DNA of 64,000 nt from assembly GCA_963714605.1 (NCBI GenBank), contig CAVQOW010000010.1, positions 55,293 through 119,292 on the forward strand. Direction: 5' to 3'. The notes beneath the pieces are model-generated. The model searched no databases. It had not been told where the DNA came from and saw nothing but the letters and a program-made list of their open reading frames with translations. This document shows positions 23,058-31,238 of the stretch, piece after piece. This stretch comes from an uncultured Verrucomicrobiae bacterium (GTDB lineage Bacteria; Verrucomicrobiota; Verrucomicrobiia; Limisphaerales; CAVQOW01). Position numbers and translations under genes: made by a program. Numbering within the stretch: the stretch's first letter is position 1; each line of letters starts with the position of its first letter.

Positions 23058-23306
23058 ATGACGACGCAAGTTCAAGCAGTCAAAATGGTGCCGGTGGACG
23101 CGAAATTCATCGAGGCCGTGGGTTACGTGGAGTCCACCCGTCAGTTGTACATCAAATTTCTGAACTCGCACACGCTCTGCATGAACAACGTGCCGGGCTT
23201 TCGTTATCAGGGACTGATGGCCGCGCCACGCATTGACGCCTATTACAACGCCTACATCAAAGAGCGATTTCTGACGAAGCAAGTGGAACTGCCGTCGCTG
23301 ATTTGA
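23058..23306 (+). CDS. KTSC-domain protein
   Basis: about 80 aa, MTTQVQAVKMVPVDAKFIEAVGY... resembles the small KTSC domain family. Confidence 0.4.
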   Translation: MTTQVQAVKMVPVDAKFIEAVGYVESTRQLYIKFLNSHTLCMNNVPGFRYQGLMAAPRIDAYYNAYIKERFLTKQVELPSLI

Positions 23307-23419
23307 AAAGTTTCGGTCGAGGGAAGAAGCTGCCATTCAATTGGCCGAAAACTGCGTGATGTCGTTCGCTGGTGGGATGTTCCGGCTTCATCGGTATGAA
23401 CGCCGAATTGCAGTGTTGT

Positions 23420-24249
23420 TTACCCTCGTGGCCAAAAGCGCAGCCAGAAACGTTGCGGCGATTGAATGAGGATTTCCCGCAGCAAATCCTCCATGCTCAC
23501 AGCTTCAGGTTCGTCGAGCCGTCGCGCAAGAACCAAGGCGACCAGATATGCCACTGCCGCCGCTCCAAAGAAAACCGTGTAGTGATTCCATTCCAAACCC
23601 AGCCACGTCGTTTGCCAGGAGCCGATGGCGTCGATGAGCATCCCCAAAATGATGGGAGCGACGCCGAGTGTCACGTTGCCCACGACCGAGTAGATCGCGA
23701 ATCACCGGCAAGGCACGCCGCTGCAATCAGAAACGTGACAAAGCTGCCAAGATTCATTACGGCGGCCTCGCGCGAAAGGTATTTACCGCGCAAGGTTGGC
23801 GGGACGAGTGTCGCGATCCACGGCAACCAAGCACAGCTCGAAATGCCGCGGGAAAGATTGAAGCAAAACAGCAGAAGCAACATCAAAGAGAGCCGGGCCA
23901 TCGGATTGAGCAGAGGCGAAAATAGCGGCACGACGGCCATCCCGAAAATAAACATGACGCGCGTGCTCCAGCCGGCAAGGACAAATCTTTTGTAGCCGTG
24001 GCGCCGCACGTACGAGGCGGCTGGGATTTGGAAGATGACCAGCAGCGGCATCATGCCGGCGATGATTCCGAGGACGGTGGCGCTGGCATCGAGCGTTTTG
24101 GCGTAAAGCACCATCGGACTGCCCAGCACGATTTGAAACGACAGCGCGTTGAAGACCACAAACAGAAAGGCGTTGTGCATGCCGTGAGGGAACTTCACCG
24201 TTCCCACAGGCTCTTCGGCAACACCGGTTGTAATTGTTCGGTCCATCAA
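23420..24249 (-). pseudogene. MFS transporter; frame break near 23690
   Basis: two adjacent minus-strand ORFs with multiple TM helices and MFS-like loops. Confidence 0.5.
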
Positions 24250-24435
24250 GCTGACAACGCATCAGGTGCACTGCGAGCGGGGAGCACTATCCTGTCCTAG
24301 TTTGGAGATTGTCCAGCAGATTTGCGGAAACGCGATGCCGAAATCTCCCGGTGTTGGTCTTCCGGGATTCGCCCGACGGGGTTCGGGATTTTTTTTGAAT
24401 GGAATTTCCTGATTTTTGTCTTATACTAACGATGA

Positions 24436-24720
24436 GTGAAGCGGGCAATGCCAGACCGAAGCAAGGCAACAAGCCAATGCGGGTGGGGCAAGATCAAGGT
24501 AAGGCCACAGGTGTTGACCGCGCTAAACAAACTCCTAACTGTAAATAAATCCATGACCAAGACGTTAGATTCCATCACCGAGGCCATTCGAGACACAAAA
24601 CATCCGTTCCGGAAGGTGGATCATCAGCCCAAGAAGGCGCTGAAACACCGTTACGAGCGGAGGAAAATCAAGGAATTCCTTCACTTGACCGATTGGCAGA
24701 CACAAGAAATAACCGTTTGA
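24436..24720 (+). CDS. small basic hypothetical protein (true start may be the internal MTKTL...), low-GC
   Basis: ORF is followed 20 nt downstream by a strong hairpin terminator; K/R-rich C-terminus. Confidence 0.3.
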   Translation: MKRAMPDRSKATSQCGWGKIKVRPQVLTALNKLLTVNKSMTKTLDSITEAIRDTKHPFRKVDHQPKKALKHRYERRKIKEFLHLTDWQTQEITV

Positions 24721-24742
24721 CCCGTTTTCAAAACAGAGAAAG

Positions 24743-24775
24743 AAAGGCCACGCATCCGCGTGGCCTTTCCTTTTG
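24743..24775. terminator. perfect 11-bp-stem hairpin with flanking T-runs; bidirectional terminator for the small plus-strand gene and rpsR
   Basis: aaaggccacgc atcc gcgtggccttt cctttt. Confidence 0.6.
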
Positions 24776-24828
24776 GAAATTCGATTGCTGACAAATTAGG
24801 CAACCCAGCGTGGTGGCGGAGCAGAGGA

Positions 24829-25087
24829 TTACTTCATCAACAACGCCTGGCGGGCGCGTTTGATCGCGCGGTTCAGCCGGCGCTGGTAGTGCGCGGGCAA
24901 GGCCGTGTATTTGCGCGGCAGGATGCGCCCCTGGTCGGTGACGAATTGCCTGAGCAGGTTGATGTTCTTGAAATCGAGCGCGTCCACGGTGAAGTCGATC
25001 TTGGGTTTGGTCGGGGCGTGCGCGTTTCGCCATAACCACGGCGCGTGCCGCGCCGGTCCGGTTTGTCAGTATGGGTCTTGCGAGGCA
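24829..25087 (-). pseudogene. rpsR: 30S ribosomal protein S18; 1-nt frame break in an A-run
   Basis: MPRKTHTDKPDRRGTRRGYG in one frame, ...KPKIDFTVDALDFKNINLLRQFVTDQGRILPRKYTALPAHYQRRLNRAIKRARQALLMK in the next. Confidence 0.7.
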
Positions 25088-25090
25088 TAA

Positions 25091-25258
25091 CTTATTTGAT
25101 TTCGCGATGCAACGTGTGGCGGCGCAGGGACGGATTAAACTTCATGATTTCCAGCTTTTCCGTCTTGGTCTTTTTGTTGCGGGTTGTCGTGTAGCGTGAC
25201 GGAGACTTGCCCTGCTTGCGCGCCTCCGTGCATTCGATGGTGATGATTTCGCGAGGCA
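25091..25258 (-). CDS. rpmG: 50S ribosomal protein L33 (55 aa; below the ORF-track length cutoff)
   Basis: manual translation: [55 protein letters not shown]. Confidence 0.85.
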
Positions 25259-25262
25259 TAAA

Positions 25263-25841
25263 TTATTCTTTCTCCTTGGCCTTTTCTTCCGGTTCCTCTT
25301 CCTCCTCGACCTCGGCCACGCCCGTGCTGTCCACGGTGCCAAGTTGTCCCAAGCGGCGCGAGCGCAAAGCGCCTTCGCGCTCCAGTTGCGCCTGGGCATT
25401 CACGGTGAATCGCGTCCACGGGATCGCCTCCAAACGCGCCTTGGGAATCGTTTTGCCGGTCAATTCACAAACGCCGTAGGTGTTCCGCTCAATGCGTTTG
25501 AGCGCTTCCTCAATTTCATAAATTGCGTCCTGATCGGAAGAAAGAAGGCTCAGCGCGAAATCGCGGTCGAAATTATCCGTGCCTGAGTCGGCCATGTGAA
25601 GGCTGTAGCCGGGAATCTCCTGCGCCGATTCCTTGGCCAGACCGGTTACTTGGCATTGCAACTGCTCGCGCAGTTCCAACAAACGAAAGTAATACTTTTG
25701 CCACTCCGGCTTGATTCGCTTTGGTTTGCTGTCGTCGCGGTTCTTGGCCACGGGCCGGCCAAGAATTGCCGCGGCCGTCGTCAGGCCTTGCTGCGTATTC
25801 CGAAATGATGTTTTTTTTGCCACAGTTTTCTTCGTAATCAC
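25263..25841 (-). CDS. DksA/TraR-family regulator (single Cys, no canonical C4 finger) with acidic C-terminal tail
   Basis: ...NTYGVCELTGKTIPKARLEAIPWTRF... resembles the DksA C-terminal region; immediately upstream of rpmG-rpsR. Confidence 0.5.
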   Translation of the reverse strand: MITKKTVAKKTSFRNTQQGLTTAAAILGRPVAKNRDDSKPKRIKPEWQKYYFRLLELREQLQCQVTGLAKESAQEIPGYSLHMADSGTDNFDRDFALSLLSSDQDAIYEIEEALKRIERNTYGVCELTGKTIPKARLEAIPWTRFTVNAQAQLEREGALRSRRLGQLGTVDSTGVAEVEEEEEPEEKAKEKE

Positions 25842-26013
25842 TACTCAAAAATCCGACTTTTTAACTTCAAATTCCGCCCACTCAACGTCGCGCATGTGCA
25901 CGGTTCCCAAAAGGGTGCGGGAATGTAGCAAACGAAACTGGATAATCCACTAAAATCTTTGAGAATTTTCGCTTTTGCCACGCAACAGCCCATAAAACCG
26001 CACCCGGCAGCGT

Positions 26014-26851
26014 TTATCCCTTCTCAATGCAGGCGTAGGCGTTGTGGTTGTGGATGCTTTCCTGGTTTTCCGCCTCGACCTTGTACCAAACCACATCCGG
26101 ATGAGCATTGAGCTTCAGCGCGATGTTGCGGACCAAATCCTCGACGAACACTGGATTGTCATACGCGCGCTCGGTGACGGCCTTTTCGTCCTCCCGCTTG
26201 AGCAAGGCGAACAACTCGGAACTGGCCGAACTCTCGATGATCTCAATCAAATCCTCGATCCAGATGGGCTTGCGAAAACGCACTTGCACCGGTCACTTCG
26301 CCGCGCTGGTTGTGCGCGCCGCGGGCGCTGATGGCTTTCGAGCACGGACAAAGCGTCGTTACGTTCGCCTTGACCGTCAGCAGAAATGCGATTTCCTTCT
26401 CGCACGCTGCCGCGTCGAAGCGCGCCGTGTAATCCATCACACTTTCTTTGCCCGACACTGGCGATCTCTTCACCATGAAATACGGGAACTCCATTTCCAG
26501 ATGCGACGTGGCCGCATGAAACTTCTCCTGCATTGCGTAAAGGATGTCCGGTATGTTTTCCACGTGCATGACGCTGCCATGCGCGTTGAGCACCTCGATG
26601 AACCGGCTCATGTGCGTCCCTTTGAACTCCTTGGGCAAATCCACGAACATCCCGATGGTCGCCACCGTGTTCTGCACGCTGTGCGCCTTGTCTCGGACCT
26701 GAATTGGAAACCGCAATCCGCGCACGCCAACCTTGTCAATGCGCAGTTCGCGATGGTCGCGCTCGCTTTGCTTGTCGTGGAGTTTGGGACGGCGTTTGCC
26801 GCCAGGATCACGAACAGCCGCTGACGCTTTGCTGTGGGTCAGTTTTGCCAT
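26014..26851 (-). pseudogene. folE2: GTP cyclohydrolase FolE2/MptA; frame break near 26285
   Basis: CPCSKAIS...GAHNQR motif in the 26243..26851 ORF; conserved C-terminus in the 26014..26289 ORF. Confidence 0.75.
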
Positions 26852-26981
26852 GGCTAGAAGTTAGCAAGAGGGTTCTGTTTTGCAAAAAATATCGCCTCGC
26901 CCTGTCGTCCTGCTTTTCCAGGACAATCCACGTGGTCAGTTGGATTTTGACTTGTGGACGCATGATGTTTATTACGCATCC

Positions 26982-27920
26982 ATGAATTTGAAATCGCTGT
27001 CGGTCGGTCTTGTCATCCGTTTCACGACCGCGCTTTTTTGTTCAAGCCTGGCCGCAGCCGAAACTTTCCGCGTCGCCACATACAACGTCGAAAATTATCT
27101 CGACCAAACCACCGAAACGCGACACGAGGTCAAATCCCCAGAAGCCAAAGCCAAAATCCGCCAAACCCTCCACGCCGCAAATCCCGATGTGATCGCCTTC
27201 GAGGAAATGGGCCAGCCCAGCGCGCTCATGGAACTGCGCAGTTCGCTCAAAACCGAGGGACTTGACTATCCTTATTGGGAATACGTCACTGGGTATGATA
27301 CGAACATCCATGTCGCCGTGCTCAGCAAATTCCCCATCATTGCGCGCCGACCCCATACGAACGACAATTTTCTTCTCAGCGGACGCCGCTTCCAGGTCAG
27401 CCGCGGATTTGCCGAGGTGGACATCAAGGTCAATCCGGCATATCAATTCACGCTCATCGCAGCCCATCTGAAATCGCGCCGCCCGATTCCGGAAGCCGAC
27501 GAAGACGAGTTGCGGCGGGAAGAAGCCAAGCTCCTGCGCGAAATCGTCAATGCGCGCCTTGAAGCAAATCCCAACGCCAACATCGTCGTGCTCGGCGATT
27601 TCAACGACGTGAAGGACTCGCGTTCGACGAAAGAAATCATCGGGAAAGGCAAATTCAAACTCGTGGACACACGCCCCGCCGAGCGCAATGGCGACAACCA
27701 ACCCAACCCGACAAACCCGAAATGGGAACCGCGCAACGTCACATGGACTTACTACTACGGCGTCGAAGACACCTACAGCCGGATTGATTACATCCTGCTC
27801 AGCCCCGGCATGGCGCGCGAGTGGGAGCCGAACGAAACCTACATTCCCACAATTTCAAACTGGGGCATCGGGTCGGACCACCGGCCCATCGTGGCGACAT
27901 TCACTGCCACCGACAAATAG
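26982..27920 (+). CDS. secreted endonuclease/exonuclease/phosphatase (EEP) family protein
   Basis: signal peptide; TYNVEN, VLGDFND and GSDHRPI motifs. Confidence 0.65.
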   Translation: MNLKSLSVGLVIRFTTALFCSSLAAAETFRVATYNVENYLDQTTETRHEVKSPEAKAKIRQTLHAANPDVIAFEEMGQPSALMELRSSLKTEGLDYPYWEYVTGYDTNIHVAVLSKFPIIARRPHTNDNFLLSGRRFQVSRGFAEVDIKVNPAYQFTLIAAHLKSRRPIPEADEDELRREEAKLLREIVNARLEANPNANIVVLGDFNDVKDSRSTKEIIGKGKFKLVDTRPAERNGDNQPNPTNPKWEPRNVTWTYYYGVEDTYSRIDYILLSPGMAREWEPNETYIPTISNWGIGSDHRPIVATFTATDK

Positions 27921-27950
27921 CCGCCACGCAACCGAAGCATCGTAGCACGA

Positions 27951-28871
27951 TTACTTTTTGCCTCTCGTAAAACCCGGCCGTGGACGGATCGGTGGCGGAA
28001 TGGGAATGCGCTTGGGCGGCAACGTTGGTGTGGACGGAGACGCCGTCGGCGGCGTGACCGAAGACTGTGGCCAGTTTTTCTGGGCAAGTTCCACGACTTG
28101 ACTGGCAACATTGGCGGCAGGTGATTCCGAAACCTTTGTCCCGATTGTTTCAATTCCTTTTGCCAGCCAATCCTCGGCCTTCGTCACCGTCTCGCCGATT
28201 TTCGTTTCGGGAAATTTCATCTCGCCGATCTGAAAATCGGTAAGCGACTTGAGTTTGTCCACGGTTTCACCCGCGGTTCTGACGACTTCAGTCCAACGGT
28301 CGCCCACTGTCGCCAACGTATCGTACCCGTTCACAATCCAATCGAGTTTGCCCGTCTGGATATCCACGACCAAACCGTGCACCGGCACTTTCGGACCGAT
28401 GAGCGGACTGTGCCGGACAATGTCGCACGCCTTGATGACGTTCTGCCGCTCGCTGCCGAACATGCCGAAGTAATCATTGATGTTCTCCGGCAACACGCGC
28501 CGTTCCACGCCCAGCGCCTTCAGCTTGTCGAGCAACTGCGTCGTCGTCGTCTTGCACACCTGACAATCCGTGTGGCCGATGATGGCGATTTCCTTGCCGC
28601 CCTTGACCGCGCACGCCAGCGCCAGCGACCGCATCGTGCTGCTGAGCGGCGCGGTGATGATGTTGCCCGCATTGCGCAACCAGATGAAACTCTCTTCCGG
28701 AACTCCGAGCACGCCCGGCATGAGCCGATTCAGTCGCGGGTCAACGCACGTCAGCGCCACGACCGGCAATTCGCTCTCGAACTCCGCCACATGGACTCCG
28801 GCGTTTTGATCGCCCGCAACCGCGCGACTGTTCGCTTCGATAATGGCTTCAAAAAGGCGCATGGCTGGCAT
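27951..28871 (-). CDS. beta-class carbonic anhydrase with Pro-rich C-terminal extension
   Basis: CVDPR and GHTDCQ zinc-ligand motifs. Confidence 0.8.
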   Translation of the reverse strand: MPAMRLFEAIIEANSRAVAGDQNAGVHVAEFESELPVVALTCVDPRLNRLMPGVLGVPEESFIWLRNAGNIITAPLSSTMRSLALACAVKGGKEIAIIGHTDCQVCKTTTTQLLDKLKALGVERRVLPENINDYFGMFGSERQNVIKACDIVRHSPLIGPKVPVHGLVVDIQTGKLDWIVNGYDTLATVGDRWTEVVRTAGETVDKLKSLTDFQIGEMKFPETKIGETVTKAEDWLAKGIETIGTKVSESPAANVASQVVELAQKNWPQSSVTPPTASPSTPTLPPKRIPIPPPIRPRPGFTRGKK

Positions 28872-28915
28872 GGAATTATCCCTCTTGCCTCAATTGGTCA
28901 AACAATGAATCAAAA
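28798..28915. repeat. native copy of about 118-nt repeat (first 25 codons of the carbonic anhydrase gene plus about 45 nt upstream)
   Basis: matches 30082..30199 at about 92% identity and 29523..29578 partially. Confidence 0.8.
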
Positions 28916-28990
28916 GGCCGCCTCTGCCGGTCAGTTTCGAGGTCGCCCTTTTTGTTTGCAGTTGCGGCCCAGGCAAGTTCAACTCTGGTC

Positions 28991-29272
28991 ATGCTGACTT
29001 TTGAATGGAACGCGAACAAGGCCGGATCAATTCTGGCCAAGCACGGTGTCAGCTTTGAAGAAGCGGCGACGGTTTTTGGCGATCCCGCTTCAATAACAAT
29101 TCCAGACCCGGCGCACTCGCAAATGGAAACGCGATTCGTCATCTTGGGCCGTTCGCATCAAGGAAGATTGTTGGTTGTCATCCACACCGAACGCGGCGAT
29201 AATATCCGCATCATCAGCGCGCGGCACGCGAGCCGGCGCGAAAGAAAAAGCTATGAAGAAACCATCGGCTAA
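28991..29272 (+). CDS. brnT: BrnT-like toxin (DUF497)
   Basis: MLTFEWNANKAGSILAKHGVSFEEAATVF... typical of the BrnT family. Confidence 0.65.
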   Translation: MLTFEWNANKAGSILAKHGVSFEEAATVFGDPASITIPDPAHSQMETRFVILGRSHQGRLLVVIHTERGDNIRIISARHASRRERKSYEETIG

Positions 29273-29474
29273 ACCGGCGGTTAAAGATATGCGGGCGGAA
29301 TATGATTTTTCGCGCGGCGTGCGCGGCAAACATTTCCGACGCTACCATCGCGGCGCGAACGTGGTGGTCTTGGGGCCGGACGTGGCCAAGGTTTTTTCCA
29401 ATGCCGAAACCGTGAACGATTCTCTCCGCGCGCTGGCGGGCATCATCCGCCGACAAAAAGCGGTAGCGAGATAA
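29253..29474 (+). CDS. brnA: BrnA-like antitoxin
   Basis: small ORF overlapping the brnT 3' end; ...EYDFSRGVRGKHF... C-terminus. Confidence 0.5.
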   Translation: MKKPSAKPAVKDMRAEYDFSRGVRGKHFRRYHRGANVVVLGPDVAKVFSNAETVNDSLRALAGIIRRQKAVAR

Positions 29475-29522
29475 TTTCCTTCTCCGCGCTGGGGAGAAGG
29501 TGGCCGGAGGCGGGATGAGGTG

Positions 29523-29578
29523 GATCGCCGGCAACCGCGCGACTGTTCGCTTCAATAATGGCTTCAAAAAGGCGCATG
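29523..29578. repeat. partial (56-nt) copy of the carbonic-anhydrase 5' repeat
   Basis: encodes ...MRLFEAIIEANSRAVAGD... out of context. Confidence 0.8.
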
Positions 29579-29584
29579 CCGGCT

Positions 29585-29803
29585 TTACTTCATTTCCCGT
29601 AGGAAATCCTCAATCTCTACTCCGCCATCACGCAATGCACCTTTCAGCGTGAAGCGGTCAACTTCGTCGTGAAAAGGAAACACGATCAACCTTCCATCGG
29701 GATGCTTCATCTTCACGTGACTGCCTTTGCGATGAATCTCCTGAAAACCCAGGCGCTGCAAAGCGGTCAACACCTGTCTGCCGGACAGGAGCGGCAATTT
29801 CAT
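29585..29803 (-). CDS. hicA: HicA mRNA-interferase toxin
   Basis: 72 aa; ...GFQEIHRKGSHVKMKHPDGRLIVFPFH... Confidence 0.75.
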   Translation of the reverse strand: MKLPLLSGRQVLTALQRLGFQEIHRKGSHVKMKHPDGRLIVFPFHDEVDRFTLKGALRDGGVEIEDFLREMK

Positions 29804-29997
29804 ACCGTCAATTCGACCACTTCGCGTTTGCCTGCCAGTTCTTCGGGCGATGGTTCAAGATAGAGATCAATCGCTTCCCGGATATTTATCAAAGCCTCCT
29901 CGCGTGTCTTGCCCTGTGACCAGCAACTCTTCAGCGACGGACAATGCGCCACGAAGTAGCCGTCCTCACCGGGTTCAATTATCACTTTCAAGTTCAT
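29800..29997 (-). CDS. hicB: HicB antitoxin (UPF0150)
   Basis: MNLKVIIEPGEDGYFVAHCPSLKSCWSQGKTREEALINIREAI...; ATGA overlap with hicA. Confidence 0.7.
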   Translation of the reverse strand: MNLKVIIEPGEDGYFVAHCPSLKSCWSQGKTREEALINIREAIDLYLEPSPEELAGKREVVELTV

Positions 29998-30081
29998 GCC
30001 ATTTGCCTTTCGTTCACGGGTGCAATGTAAACCGGCCAAAATCGAAAAGCCAGTTCATCGGCAAACTCCGTCGGATGCAAA

Positions 30082-30199
30082 CCGGCGTTTTGATCGCCGG
30101 CAACCGCGCGACTGTTCGCTTCAATGATGGCTTCAAAGAGGCGCATGGCTGACATGGAATTATCCCTCTTGCCTCAATTGGTCAAACACTGAATCAAAA
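30082..30199. repeat. third copy of the carbonic-anhydrase 5' repeat, pseudo-start MSAMRLFEAIIEANSRAVAGDQNAG...
   Basis: about 92% identical to 28798..28915. Confidence 0.8.
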
Positions 30200-30311
30200 T
30201 GCCGCTTGCGCGCAGTTCAACTCCGCAAATGCGAAGTTCGTGACCGACTACAAGAATGCCCGCATTATTGTGGATTCAACCGGCCGTAGCGCGAGAACTT
30301 ACTTTGCTCTT

Positions 30312-30683
30312 TTAATTGTGAGTTGAATTGATCGAATTTGTGCAACTGTTTGAATTCGTAGCTGCCAGATTCAAGTGGGTAATGCTTATTATTGCTTCAC
30401 GGCGAATTTCGTAAACAGTTGGTTTGTTCGTACTGCCCCTCCATTCTGCCGGCCCACCGGCTTCATTGGTCGAAGCGAGAAGAACAATACTACTATTCGC
30501 ATCAAGCAAAATCATACGGTTTGCTAAAAGTCCATTTACCACGTTTGTTGGTATTGAATTTAAAAATCTAGCGTCAAAATCTAATCGAACGGGATGAGAC
30601 ATTGTATAATCCCCACCACCTTTCGCCAGCCCGCCGCAGACTCCAGCGACCTGTCGGTCATCGCGTGAACGGCTGAGGTTCAT
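30312..30683 (-). CDS. hypothetical protein with PspC-like N-terminal motif, no TM segment
   Basis: RSRDDRQVAGVCGGLA resembles the PspC domain core; remainder unassignable. Confidence 0.25.
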   Translation of the reverse strand: MNLSRSRDDRQVAGVCGGLAKGGGDYTMSHPVRLDFDARFLNSIPTNVVNGLLANRMILLDANSSIVLLASTNEAGGPAEWRGSTNKPTVYEIRREAIISITHLNLAATNSNSCTNSINSTHN

Positions 30684-30688
30684 GTTGA

Positions 30689-30742
30689 ATTTACGATTTA
30701 CGATTTGCGATTTGCAATTGCGATTGCGATTTTCGATTCACG
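30689..30742. repeat. array of about 8 ATTTACG/ATTTGCG/ATTGCG units, abutting the stop of the four-helix-bundle gene
   Basis: direct reading. Confidence 0.8.
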
Positions 30743-31097
30743 CGCGGTTGGAAGTGCGGGCGGTTTTTGCCGATGAGACGACGATGGCCAGGATTTCATC
30801 GGATTCTTTCATCAAATCTCGAAGCAGCGATTCCTTGATATAATTGTTTTCCACCAGCAGTTCCATCCAGAACAATGATTCATCGCATTCTTCTTCAACA
30901 ATGCGAAGCTTGTTGATGAAGTCCGCGCCGGATTTCGCCCGACAGACAGCGCGGTAATTCGCACCCACAGAAGTCCCGCTACGAAGAAGCTGTTTTCCGA
31001 GTGTTTGCGCAACCCAATCACCCGGCAACGCAGAGCAGAGCTTCACGACACGATTGGCGTAAGTCTTCGTCCGATCTTTCATTTCCTCGCGCGTCAT
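30738..31097 (-). CDS. four-helix-bundle protein (23S rRNA intervening-sequence protein / Avd-like family)
   Basis: ...LGKQLLRSGTSVGANYRAVCRAKSGADFINKLRIVEEECDESLFWMELL... matches the family core. Confidence 0.8.
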   Translation of the reverse strand: MTREEMKDRTKTYANRVVKLCSALPGDWVAQTLGKQLLRSGTSVGANYRAVCRAKSGADFINKLRIVEEECDESLFWMELLVENNYIKESLLRDLMKESDEILAIVVSSAKTARTSNRA

Positions 31098-31100
31098 AGG

Positions 31101-31238
31101 ATTTACGATTTACGCGCGCCTTTTGATCTCGTCATCTGTGACATGAGCGTTGCGCATCTGTTTTCGTTTGAGTTCACAACAACCCAGCAGGCATGGATTT
31201 TCGACAGACTCGTAAATCGTATATCGTAAATCGTCAAT
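31101..31238. repeat. inverted heptamer arrays (ATTTACG x2 ... CGTAAAT CGTATAT CGTAAAT CGTCAAT) flanking a 96-nt core; between the four-helix-bundle gene start and the flotillin stop
   Basis: direct reading. Confidence 0.8.

Noticed and set aside
23372-23995. 207-aa plus-strand ORF
   Set aside because: Antisense to the MFS transporter; no features of a real protein.
28790-30200. TA cassette array as a classical integron
   Set aside because: No intI and no attC-like imperfect palindromes with core sites; the repeats are duplications of a host gene's 5' end.
30738-31097. Four-helix-bundle Avd-like gene as part of a diversity-generating retroelement
   Set aside because: No reverse transcriptase, template repeat or variable-repeat target is visible nearby; the family is also common as stand-alone genes.
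7193-31238. Heptamer arrays as CRISPR arrays
   Set aside because: Units are 7 nt with no intervening unique spacers and no cas genes; far too short for CRISPR repeats.
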